Source: an uncultured Rikenellaceae bacterium
GTDB taxonomy: Bacteria > Bacteroidota > Bacteroidia > Bacteroidales > VadinHA17
Direction of reading: 5' to 3'
DNA: 64,000 nucleotides
Assembly (NCBI GenBank): GCA_964472085.1
Contig: CAYYIW010000003.1
Span: 2,893 to 66,892, forward strand
In this document: positions 28,632 through 37,277 of the stretch, piece after piece
Position numbering within the stretch: the stretch's first letter is position 1
Layout: the number at the start of each line of letters is the position of its first letter
Position numbers and translations under genes: made by a program
Notes under the pieces: model-generated
What the model was told of the DNA's origin: nothing
Databases searched by the model: none
What the model saw: the letters and a program-made list of their open reading frames with translations, nothing else

Positions 28632-29174
28632 ATGGTATTAAAAGATATTCTGGCTATTTCTGGTGAATCGGGGCTTTTTAAATTCATTGCCCAGGGTAAG
28701 AATGCAATCATTGTGGAACATCTCGAGACAAAAAAGCGCAGCAGTGCCTATGGATCGGCCAAGGTAAGTTCACTTGAAGATATTGCAATATTCACAGATA
28801 AGGAAGATCTCCCCTTGGGAAAAGTATTTGATCTTATCTATGACATGAAGGAAGAAGGGACGGCCATTGATCCCAAATCGGATCCGCAAGCCCTCAAAGA
28901 ATGGTTTGAGGAGATATTACCCGACTATTCAAGAGACAAGGTTTATGTTAGTGATATAAGGAAGGTTGCTCAGTGGTACAATATTCTGTATAAGCTTGAT
29001 ATGCTTGTAAAAGAAGAGCCCGAAGAAGAAAAAACTAAAGAAGAAAAAACTGAAGAAGAAAAGGAACCGGTTGCTGAGAGCACTGAAATTAAGGAACAGG
29101 ACAATAAGGTGAAACCTGAAAAAAAACCGGCTGCCGGGGCTAAAAAGGCCGCACCAAAGAAAAAATCTGAATAA
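28632..29174 (+). CDS. DUF5606 family protein with Glu/Lys-rich tail
   Basis: ILAISGESGLFK, VSSLEDIAI, VYVSDIRKV..WYN. Confidence 0.85.
   Translation: MVLKDILAISGESGLFKFIAQGKNAIIVEHLETKKRSSAYGSAKVSSLEDIAIFTDKEDLPLGKVFDLIYDMKEEGTAIDPKSDPQALKEWFEEILPDYSRDKVYVSDIRKVAQWYNILYKLDMLVKEEPEEEKTKEEKTEEEKEPVAESTEIKEQDNKVKPEKKPAAGAKKAAPKKKSE
29022..29066 (+). repeat. Three imperfect 15-bp tandem units encoding EEEKT/KEEKT/EEEKE
   Basis: GAAGAAGAAAAAACT, AAAGAAGAAAAAACT, GAAGAAGAAAAGGAA. Confidence 0.6.
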
Positions 29175-29198
29175 TCACCCGGAAAAACTCCGCATATT

Positions 29199-30035
29199 AT
29201 GAATTTCGGTGGAGAGGAGGTAGTATACGGATACCAGGAATCGGAAATAATAATTCTGCCGGTCCCATACGATGAGACCAGCACCTGGATCAGGGGTGCT
29301 GATAAAGGTCCCGGGGCTATCCTTGAAGCATCTGTCAACCTTGAGTTTTACGATGTTGAAACAGGTACCGAAGTTCATCTTAAAGGGATCCATACCGTAG
29401 ATCCCATCCAGGCGAGGGAGACACCTGAGAAGCTTGTAGATGCTGTATACGAACGGATACTGTCACTTCTTGAAGATGACAAGTTTCCTGTGACAATAGG
29501 AGGTAATCATACAGTCCCCATAGGAGCAATGAAGGCATTTGCCGGATCATATAACGATCTGACAATACTTCAGATGGATGCTCATTCGGACCTGCGGCAG
29601 GAATATGAGGGTTCTCCTTATAATCATGCCTGTGCAATGGCAAGAGCCCGTGAATATGCTCCTGTAGTCCAGGTCGGTATAAGGAGTATGTCAAAAGAGG
29701 AGCTGCCCTTTGTGGATGCTGAAAGAATATTTTACGCTCACCGGCTATATTATGATAAAAGCCTGTACAGAAAAGCTATTGAGAAGCTGTCAGGTAATGT
29801 CTACATTACAATAGACATGGATGTTTTCGATCCATCGGTGATGCCTTCTACCGGAACGCCTGAACCCGGTGGTCCGGATTATTACGAGATCATGCATTTT
29901 CTACGTGATGTGATAAGGGAAAGGAATGTAGTTGGTTTTGATATTGTGGAACTTTGCCCGTCGGATGCTGATAAATCTCCGGATTTCATAGCAGCAAAAA
30001 TTATATACCAGCTGCTAAGTTACAGGTTCGCCTGA
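29199..30035 (+). CDS. speB: Agmatinase (ureohydrolase family)
   Basis: GGNH, DAHSD, IDMDVFDPS, TGTPEPGG, DIVE. Confidence 0.88.
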   Translation: MNFGGEEVVYGYQESEIIILPVPYDETSTWIRGADKGPGAILEASVNLEFYDVETGTEVHLKGIHTVDPIQARETPEKLVDAVYERILSLLEDDKFPVTIGGNHTVPIGAMKAFAGSYNDLTILQMDAHSDLRQEYEGSPYNHACAMARAREYAPVVQVGIRSMSKEELPFVDAERIFYAHRLYYDKSLYRKAIEKLSGNVYITIDMDVFDPSVMPSTGTPEPGGPDYYEIMHFLRDVIRERNVVGFDIVELCPSDADKSPDFIAAKIIYQLLSYRFA

Positions 30036-30041
30036 ATATGC

Positions 30042-30824
30042 TTAGTCGTCTTTTTTTGCCTCCTCCCATATCACGTTCATCTCGTCAAGACTCATATCAT
30101 GCAGGGAGATGCCGTTTTTCAAGGTTTGGCTTTCAAGATAGTTGAATCGCCTGATGAACTTCCTGTTTGTCTTTTCAAGAGCTGCCTCGGGATCAATCCC
30201 ATATAACCTCGATGCATTTATTATGGAAAACATAACATCACCGAGCTCTGATTCGATGGATTCAGTATTATGATTGGTTATCTCATTACTTAATTCGGAT
30301 ATCTCTTCCTGTACCTTATCCCAAATCTGTTCGCGCTTTTCCCAGTCAAATCCCACACCTCTTACTTTTTCCTGTATCCTGTTAGCTTTCACTATGGCAG
30401 GTAATGAGGCAGGAACACCCGACAGAACAGGTTTATAACCGTTTTCTTCCTTTATCTTCAGATGTTCCCAGTTTTTCTCAACCTCTGAAGCATTATCTGC
30501 TTTTACATCACCAAAAACATGCGGATGCCTGTAAACCAGTTTGTTGTTTATTCCTTCCAGCACATCTGCCATGGTAAAGGATCCCCTTTCAGACCCTATC
30601 CTGGCATAAAATACTATATGGAGCATCAGGTCGCCCAGTTCATTTCTTATTCCTTCATCACTGCCTGAGAAGATAGATTCACTGAGCTCATATGTCTCTT
30701 CAATTGTAAGCTTCCTCAGACTTTCGTTTGTCTGCTTCTTATCCCAAGGACACTTTTCTCTCAGTTCGTTGATTATATCAAGTAACCTGTTGAATTCTTT
30801 AAGACTTTTTTCTCTGTCTGTCAT
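30042..30824 (-). CDS. mazG: Nucleoside triphosphate pyrophosphohydrolase MazG
   Basis: CPWDKKQT, IEETYEL, ELGDL, RHPHVF, VGFDW. Confidence 0.96.
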   Translation of the reverse strand: MTDREKSLKEFNRLLDIINELREKCPWDKKQTNESLRKLTIEETYELSESIFSGSDEGIRNELGDLMLHIVFYARIGSERGSFTMADVLEGINNKLVYRHPHVFGDVKADNASEVEKNWEHLKIKEENGYKPVLSGVPASLPAIVKANRIQEKVRGVGFDWEKREQIWDKVQEEISELSNEITNHNTESIESELGDVMFSIINASRLYGIDPEAALEKTNRKFIRRFNYLESQTLKNGISLHDMSLDEMNVIWEEAKKDD

Positions 30825-30836
30825 TAAAATTATATG

Positions 30837-31631
30837 TTAAAATAAACGGTTCGGAGGTGCATCCCTGCCTGCAAGGTCCACACGGACAACAGATCCGACT
30901 GATAGACTAAGCAGCTCGGAAACATCTGCTCCGTTAATGGATATCTCAAGAAGATCCAGCTGATTAAATCGGGCAAGTAGTTCGCCAACAGGAACATCAT
31001 TGTATTTGTCGGAAATCATTTCAGTATAATTCTTGTTGCTCTGGACCAGGATGCGGAATGCTTTTTTCTCAAATACCCTGTTAAAGATCTCACGTGTAAT
31101 ATTGGAAATTGCATTTCCATATGAGTCTATAAATATTATGCTTCCGATTATAACTTCCTTTTCGATTGTTGCCCTCAGCGGTAATCGTTCCCGTACATTT
31201 TTAAGACGTCTTCCCATGTCACCAGTGCTTTTCCCGGACAGTATATCGGCAGCAGCTTTTGCAAAGATATCCAGCTCGTCAGCTTTATTGTCATGGTCGA
31301 GTTTTGTTACTTCATCAGGGTCAGCATTTAGGATGAGATTGAATATACCGTTGTCAGTTCCGATGAAATAGTGACCTTTTGCCTTGACAACCAGGTAGTC
31401 CTGATCCTTACCGGCTTCTGAATGTACACAGATAATATGTACTGTTCCCTCAGGGTAATTGCCGTATGTGTTCCTGATAATGAAAGAAGCATGGGCGATA
31501 TTAAAGGCCGGTATATCACCTGCATTATCTATTATGGTCACACCGGGACACATAGAGATAAGTTTCCCTTTTATGATCCCGTTATAGATATCATCCGATC
31601 TCCATTCTGTTGTTAATGTAATTACAGGCAT
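30837..31631 (-). CDS. DUF62 / SAM hydroxide adenosyltransferase-like protein (divergent active site)
   Basis: ITLTT, YPEGTVHI, FIGTDNG, IDSYGNAISNI and LEISIN match the family scaffold. Confidence 0.82.
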   Translation of the reverse strand: MPVITLTTEWRSDDIYNGIIKGKLISMCPGVTIIDNAGDIPAFNIAHASFIIRNTYGNYPEGTVHIICVHSEAGKDQDYLVVKAKGHYFIGTDNGIFNLILNADPDEVTKLDHDNKADELDIFAKAAADILSGKSTGDMGRRLKNVRERLPLRATIEKEVIIGSIIFIDSYGNAISNITREIFNRVFEKKAFRILVQSNKNYTEMISDKYNDVPVGELLARFNQLDLLEISINGADVSELLSLSVGSVVRVDLAGRDAPPNRLF

Positions 31632-31647
31632 ACGAAAAAACTTGTAA

Positions 31648-31655
31648 CAAAGATA
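31648..31655 (-). promoter_or_regulatory. -7 promoter element for the DUF62-mazG operon
   Basis: TATCTTTG on the minus strand, 16 nt upstream of the start. Confidence 0.5.
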
Positions 31656-31777
31656 ATCTTCTAAAGAAAAATAACCTTACTTTGTAGTTTACAATGATTA
31701 ATTTTATCGACTTTTCAGATTATTACCCGGAATTTCCGATTAGGGAATGAGGAGATTACTAATTTGTTTGAAGTTTA

Positions 31778-32761
31778 ATGACAGAGATAATAATATTTCT
31801 TGAGGATATAGACCCTGTAATCTTCTTTGGCACAAACAATTCACTGCTTGATAAAATCCGTGGTTTTTTTCCTAAGATCAAAATACTTGCACGAGGAAAT
31901 GAGATAAAGTGCATGGGAGAGGAGAGCGAGATAACCTTTTTCGCTGAAAAATTCAATGAGCTTATAGATTATTACCAGAAATATCACAGGCTTGATGAGC
32001 AGGATATTGAAAAATATTTCTTCGATGCCGAGCATATGAAGTCGGCTTCAAACGGTGATTTTGAGCAGGTGCTCATATTCGGTACCAGTGGAAAGCCTGT
32101 AAGGGCACGCACCGTTAATCAGCTGCTGCTTGTAAATGATTACAGGATAAATGACCTCATCATAGCTGAAGGTCCGGCCGGAACAGGTAAGACTTATACA
32201 TCCATTGCACTGGCTGTCAAAGCCCTGAAGGAGCGTGAGGTAAAAAAGATCATTCTCACACGACCTGCTGTTGAGGCGGGGGAGCGGCTTGGATTTCTTC
32301 CCGGTGATATGAAAGAAAAGCTCGATCCGTATCTGCAGCCCCTTTATGATGCACTGCATGATATGCTGCCATATAAGCGGCTTGAAACATGGCTTGAAGA
32401 CGGCACTGTTCAGATTGCTCCTCTTGCTTTTATGAGAGGGAGAACCCTGGAAAATGCATTCGTTATCCTGGATGAAGCGCAGAATGCCACAATCAGCCAG
32501 CTTAAGATGTTCCTGACCAGGATGGGGGTTAATTCTAAATTCATCCTTACAGGCGATACAACCCAGATAGACCTTCCAAAAAAGAATGATTCGGGCTTGC
32601 TGCAGGCTATCAGAATCCTTTCAGGTATTGAAGGAATATCTGTGATAAAATTTGATGAGAGGGATATTGTTCGGCATAAGCTGGTACGAAAGATAGTTAA
32701 GGCATACGAAAATGAAGAAAATGAGACAGATAAGCTAAAAAACAATAATTCAGTATGGTAA
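31778..32761 (+). CDS. phoH: PhoH family ATPase
   Basis: [46 protein letters not shown]. Confidence 0.94.
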   Translation: MTEIIIFLEDIDPVIFFGTNNSLLDKIRGFFPKIKILARGNEIKCMGEESEITFFAEKFNELIDYYQKYHRLDEQDIEKYFFDAEHMKSASNGDFEQVLIFGTSGKPVRARTVNQLLLVNDYRINDLIIAEGPAGTGKTYTSIALAVKALKEREVKKIILTRPAVEAGERLGFLPGDMKEKLDPYLQPLYDALHDMLPYKRLETWLEDGTVQIAPLAFMRGRTLENAFVILDEAQNATISQLKMFLTRMGVNSKFILTGDTTQIDLPKKNDSGLLQAIRILSGIEGISVIKFDERDIVRHKLVRKIVKAYENEENETDKLKNNNSVW

Positions 32762-33705
32762 AGACAATTTTAAGTTCTAATTACAGTTTCCCCGGCCAGA
32801 AAAGTATTTATAAGGGCAAAGTAAGGGATGTTTACAATATAAATGATGATTTTTTGCTGATGGTTGTATCAGACAGGATTTCAGCTTTTGATGTAGTCCT
32901 TCCCAAAGGAATACCATATAAGGGACAGGTGCTTAATCAGATTGCTGCAAAATTTCTCGATGCTACCAGCGATATTGTACCTAACTGGAAGATCGCAACC
33001 CCGGATCCGACTGTAACATTCGGACATAAATGTGAGCCTTACCCTGTTGAAATGATCGTCAGGGCTTACCTGACCGGCAGTTCATGGAGAACATACAAGG
33101 CAGGGGCCAGGGAGATATGCGGAATAAGGATTCCTGATGGCATGAAGGAACATCAACGGTTCCCGCAACCGGTAATAACTCCAACGACTAAGGCCGAACA
33201 GGGCCGGCATGATGAAGATATATCGCGGGAAGAGATTATCAAAAGTGGGCTGGTCCCGGAAAATGAATACATGATGATGGAGAAATATACCATGGAAATC
33301 TTTAATCGCGGATCAGAAATAGCTGCACAACATGGCCTGATACTTGTAGACACAAAATATGAATTCGGAAAGAAAGACGGCAAGATATACCTTATCGATG
33401 AGGTCCATACGCCCGACTCATCAAGGTACTTTTATGCCGACGAATATCAGGAACGGTTTGATGCCGGACTTCCGCAGAAGCAATTATCAAAGGAATTCGT
33501 AAGGGAATGGCTGATGGCTAATGGATTCCAGGGAAAGGAAGATCAGGAAGTACCTGAGATGCACGATGAATTTGTGAACGAGGTATCGGAACGGTATATT
33601 GAATTGTATGAAAATATTACAGGTGAGAAATTTGTTAAAGCTGATATTTCCAATGTGCCGGAGAGAATTGAGAAGAACTGCCGAAGCTTTCTTGTATCAT
33701 TGTGA
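32755..33705 (+). CDS. purC: SAICAR synthase
   Basis: [35 protein letters not shown]. Confidence 0.96.
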   Translation: MVKTILSSNYSFPGQKSIYKGKVRDVYNINDDFLLMVVSDRISAFDVVLPKGIPYKGQVLNQIAAKFLDATSDIVPNWKIATPDPTVTFGHKCEPYPVEMIVRAYLTGSSWRTYKAGAREICGIRIPDGMKEHQRFPQPVITPTTKAEQGRHDEDISREEIIKSGLVPENEYMMMEKYTMEIFNRGSEIAAQHGLILVDTKYEFGKKDGKIYLIDEVHTPDSSRYFYADEYQERFDAGLPQKQLSKEFVREWLMANGFQGKEDQEVPEMHDEFVNEVSERYIELYENITGEKFVKADISNVPERIEKNCRSFLVSL

Positions 33706-33776
33706 CCTTTTGTAAATGAAGCGATTTTAATTATTTTATTGTTGAATTTTAGTCAGGCTGAAATTCAAAATGTTCT

Positions 33777-33784
33777 TACTTTTG
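33777..33784 (+). promoter_or_regulatory. -7 promoter element for the LysM gene
   Basis: TACTTTTG(CA) upstream of ATG 33806. Confidence 0.45.
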
Positions 33785-33805
33785 CAAAAAAATTATTCCT
33801 TTAGA

Positions 33806-35785
33806 ATGAAAATATCAAATTCCCTCAAGGCTTTTCTGACGGTGCTGATACTGTTAATGCCATCATACGGTTATTCACAGGTAGTAGTTGAGAGGTCGAA
33901 GAATAAAGTCATAATATCAGGAGTTCCTTATTATTTACATATTGTTAAGAAAGGGGAAACAGCCTATTCCATTGCACGTGCATACGGAATAACGGTGGAG
34001 GATCTGACAAGGGAGAATCCTCCTGCTGTTTATGGCCTGCAGGAGGGACAAACACTCAGGATACCTTTGTCTATGGTTGATGAGGTGAAAAAAACAAAAC
34101 CCGTTCCCACGGTCAGGCAACAACATGATGACTCAAAGTATATATATCATGTGATGAAAGCCGGGGATACCATCTTTTCTCTTTCAAAATATTATGGAGT
34201 GTCTGAAAATGAGATTCTTCAAAGCAATCCGGGAATAGATATATACGATCTGTCTGTGGGTACTGAGATAGCTATTCCCAGGGTCAAATTTATGAATGAC
34301 AGGCAGAATTTCAATGATCAGCAGCAGGAGAAATATTTTTATCATAAAGTACTTGAAGGAGAAACGCTTGCATCAATTGCCAGGTTGTATGGACTTCCGG
34401 TGAGAGTTCTGAGAAGGTTAAACAGAAATATGAGATTTCCTCATGCGGGTGATTATATTAAAATTCCAGGAGTTCAGGCTGAGATTCAGAACATTGAACC
34501 TGTTGAGCTAGATACAACACTGGCTGTTATTGCAGATTCCCTTGCAAAATATAAACGACCAGAGGGATTCACTCCGGTTGCAGATCTTCACGGATCACTC
34601 AATGTAGCCGTGCTGCTCCCTTTCTTCCTCAGGGAAAATGCCGACAGGATTGTAATCGACTCTTCGAAAATCGTCAAGGGTAAAAGGATTTATAAAGAGA
34701 TAAAGAAACCCAACGACTGGATTTATCCTCCCAGCCTGGGTTATGTAGAAATGTATAACGGAATATTGCTGGCGGCTGATACCCTTCGAACACTGGGGGT
34801 TAATATAAACCTGTATACATACGATATTAATGATGATACAGTTGCAGTTACCAGCCTTATAGACCAGGGTAAGCTGGATAATATGGATCTGATTATCGGA
34901 CCTGTGTATTCCTATAACCTGGCCAAAGTGGCAGCATGGGCAAAGTACTGGGATATTCCTGTCGTTTCACCGGTTACTCTTATGAATAATAAAATACTTA
35001 CGGGAAATCCGACTGTCTTTATGCCAAACTCATCACTTGAGGTGGCTCAAAAGGTACTGGCAAGAAAAGTAAGTCAATATCCCAATGATAATATTATTTT
35101 CATACATACAGATTCAACCGGCAGGGATCCCGATGAAAGCAGGTTTAAAAATATGATCTTTAATGAGCTAAGTTACAAGATCCCGTATAATGATATCAAA
35201 TTCAAGGAATTCCTGTTTTTCAGCCGTTCCATGTTCGATACTGATTCAATTAACAGGTTGAGCCATGCAATGTCTGAAGAAACAGAGAACCTGGCAATTA
35301 TTGCATCAGAGGAGCCGCCTGTTATAAGCGAAACCCTCGATGATCTGTATGCACTGTCAAAAAAATATAAGATCAGGCCTTTGGGGTATCCCGTGATAAG
35401 GGATCTCGATAATATCGATCAGAAAGAACTGTTTGATATGAATATGCTGGTATATTCACCTTACTGGATAGATTATGCAAGGAAGGATGTTATCAGGTTC
35501 AACACCGAATACAGAAAGAAATTCCTTACAGAACCAACTGAAATGAGTTATGCCTGGCAGGGTTATGATATAGCATATTACTTTATAAGTGGACTGGCAA
35601 TATATGGTAAGGATCTGCTTATACATCCGGAGATGCATAACCCGGATCTTTTGCAAACGGAATACGACTTTGAAAGAAATTCCCCTGAAGATGGTTTTGA
35701 GAATCAAAAACTATTTCCAGTAAGATTTGCGAAAGACTATGAATTAGAACTGGTTAATGAAGGTGATCCTTTTGATCTGAGGTAA
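33806..35785 (+). CDS. Multi-LysM peptidoglycan-binding protein with type-1 periplasmic-binding-protein-like C-terminal domain
   Basis: Three LysM repeats (HIVKKGETAYSIA, HVMKAGDTIFSLS, HKVLEGETLASIA), then VAVLLPF and DLIIGP. Confidence 0.88.
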   Translation: MKISNSLKAFLTVLILLMPSYGYSQVVVERSKNKVIISGVPYYLHIVKKGETAYSIARAYGITVEDLTRENPPAVYGLQEGQTLRIPLSMVDEVKKTKPVPTVRQQHDDSKYIYHVMKAGDTIFSLSKYYGVSENEILQSNPGIDIYDLSVGTEIAIPRVKFMNDRQNFNDQQQEKYFYHKVLEGETLASIARLYGLPVRVLRRLNRNMRFPHAGDYIKIPGVQAEIQNIEPVELDTTLAVIADSLAKYKRPEGFTPVADLHGSLNVAVLLPFFLRENADRIVIDSSKIVKGKRIYKEIKKPNDWIYPPSLGYVEMYNGILLAADTLRTLGVNINLYTYDINDDTVAVTSLIDQGKLDNMDLIIGPVYSYNLAKVAAWAKYWDIPVVSPVTLMNNKILTGNPTVFMPNSSLEVAQKVLARKVSQYPNDNIIFIHTDSTGRDPDESRFKNMIFNELSYKIPYNDIKFKEFLFFSRSMFDTDSINRLSHAMSEETENLAIIASEEPPVISETLDDLYALSKKYKIRPLGYPVIRDLDNIDQKELFDMNMLVYSPYWIDYARKDVIRFNTEYRKKFLTEPTEMSYAWQGYDIAYYFISGLAIYGKDLLIHPEMHNPDLLQTEYDFERNSPEDGFENQKLFPVRFAKDYELELVNEGDPFDLR

Positions 35786-35843
35786 AGAATACCTTTTCAC
35801 AATACGGTTGTTGTCATTTTATGTTAATAAAACTTAACAATCG

Positions 35844-35871
35844 GGAATATATACATCGTTTAAATTGTCTA
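35844..35871 (+). promoter_or_regulatory. Possible ECF-type autoregulatory promoter
   Basis: GGAATAT-N16-GTCTA ends 11 nt before the sigma ATG; resembles sigmaE-class spacing. Confidence 0.3.
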
Positions 35872-35882
35872 TTTTCTGAAGT

Positions 35883-36443
35883 ATGATTAAGGAATCGTAC
35901 AAGTCATCCGAAGATTCTGATCTCGTCAGAGCCACTCTGGAAGGAGATAAGGAGGCTTTCGGAACCATTGTTCTGCGTTACCAGGCAATGGTGGCTCGTA
36001 CGGTAAAAAGTATGTTGGGTGATTCTGTCTACGCTGAAGATATCGGACAGGAAGTTTTTATTAAACTGTATAACTCATTAGCTGATTTCAGGGGAGATTC
36101 AAAGCTTTCAACCTATATTCAGAGGATTGCGGTCAATCTTACACTGAATGAAATGAAAAGAAGAAAAAGGTTCTTTTCTATGTTTTCGCAGACGGGAAAT
36201 AATGAAATGATTGAATTTGATGTACGTGAACCCAGTGGTGAAGAAAGGATTGAAGCGTCGGAAATTGTTCATAAGGCATTACAGGCTCTTGAACCTAAGT
36301 TTCGCATAATAGTTACAATGAGGATGCTTCAGGGCTATTCCACCAGGGAAACTGCTGAAATACTAAAGCTGCCCCTGGGAACTGTACTTAGCAGATTATC
36401 ACGTGCCCAGGAACAGCTGAAACAAATTTTGAAAAACTATTAG
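35883..36443 (+). CDS. ECF RNA polymerase sigma factor
   Basis: AEDIGQEVFIK, STYIQRIAVN, LPLGTVLSRLSRA. Confidence 0.93.
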   Translation: MIKESYKSSEDSDLVRATLEGDKEAFGTIVLRYQAMVARTVKSMLGDSVYAEDIGQEVFIKLYNSLADFRGDSKLSTYIQRIAVNLTLNEMKRRKRFFSMFSQTGNNEMIEFDVREPSGEERIEASEIVHKALQALEPKFRIIVTMRMLQGYSTRETAEILKLPLGTVLSRLSRAQEQLKQILKNY

Positions 36444-36445
36444 TT

Positions 36446-36799
36446 ATGAAATCATCGGAGATAAAGGATTTAATGATTGATTCACTGGATGCTGAAGCAA
36501 ACACTACCAATGTGTGCAGACAGATGGAGGAACATGGAGTAGTCTTTGGATTCAGGGAAGGCTTTGCTGAGAAGGTCCTCGACAGGATATATGCCACAGG
36601 AATGAAGGTTAGCAGGGAGTTTGATTATTTGAGATCATTGAATTTCGTCTTTTATCGTATTGCTCTGACAGGTCTGGCGGCTATAATAATATTGCTTATA
36701 TCAATATATCTCAAGGAAGGCTCACTCTCCTTTAACTCTTTCCTTGGAATAAATGACCCCAGTGCGGAGAGCATAGTTTGTCTTTTAACAGGTAATTAA
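36446..36799 (+). CDS. Small single-pass membrane protein, putative anti-sigma factor
   Basis: Starts 2 nt after the sigma stop; one TM segment (IALTGLAAIIILLISIYL); FAEKVLDRI helix. Confidence 0.55.
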   Translation: MKSSEIKDLMIDSLDAEANTTNVCRQMEEHGVVFGFREGFAEKVLDRIYATGMKVSREFDYLRSLNFVFYRIALTGLAAIIILLISIYLKEGSLSFNSFLGINDPSAESIVCLLTGN

Positions 36800-36803
36800 T
36801 AAA

Positions 36804-37277
36804 ATGAAAGCAAAACCCATATTGATTATTATTGTAACTCTTGTGATCGGTTTTATGCTTGGTATGCTTACTTCTGCACAGCTAAGATACCAGAAGCTCA
36901 AGCCCGTCAGGGTCTTTTTCTCGGAAGAGAGGTTCAGGGATGGTTTCTACCAGGCCATCCAGCCCGATGAGCAGCAGAAAGCCAGGATTGACCAGGTTCT
37001 TGATAAATATGCCAGGATCAACAGCGATCTTCAGAACAACTTCAGAAGACAGCTTGAAGCAAATATGAAAGCTTTCAGGAAGGAGATTGATTCAAACCTG
37101 ACAAAAGAGCAGATATCACGTCTTAAGGAGATGGACGAAAGACGTGAACAGATGATACGTCATAACAGGAGAATACATGATTATGATACTGTTGAGAGAA
37201 GAGGGGGCAGGCCGTATAATCAACGTGGTCAGCGGCGAACTGCTAATGATTCAGTCCGCTCAGTCAATAGTAAATAA
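36804..37277 (+). CDS. Membrane-anchored helical periplasmic protein (Spy/CpxP/heavy-metal-sensor-like)
   Basis: N-terminal TM, helical body, LTKEQ (LTxxQ-like) motif. Confidence 0.55.
   Translation: MKAKPILIIIVTLVIGFMLGMLTSAQLRYQKLKPVRVFFSEERFRDGFYQAIQPDEQQKARIDQVLDKYARINSDLQNNFRRQLEANMKAFRKEIDSNLTKEQISRLKEMDERREQMIRHNRRIHDYDTVERRGGRPYNQRGQRRTANDSVRSVNSK

Noticed and set aside
29022-29066. 15-bp tandem repeat as CRISPR or a phase-variation tract
   Set aside because: In frame, imperfect, no spacers; encodes a low-complexity Glu/Lys tail.
30042-32761. mazG and phoH as prophage auxiliary genes or a defence island
   Set aside because: Both are full-length cellular forms embedded with purC; no phage or mobility genes in the window.
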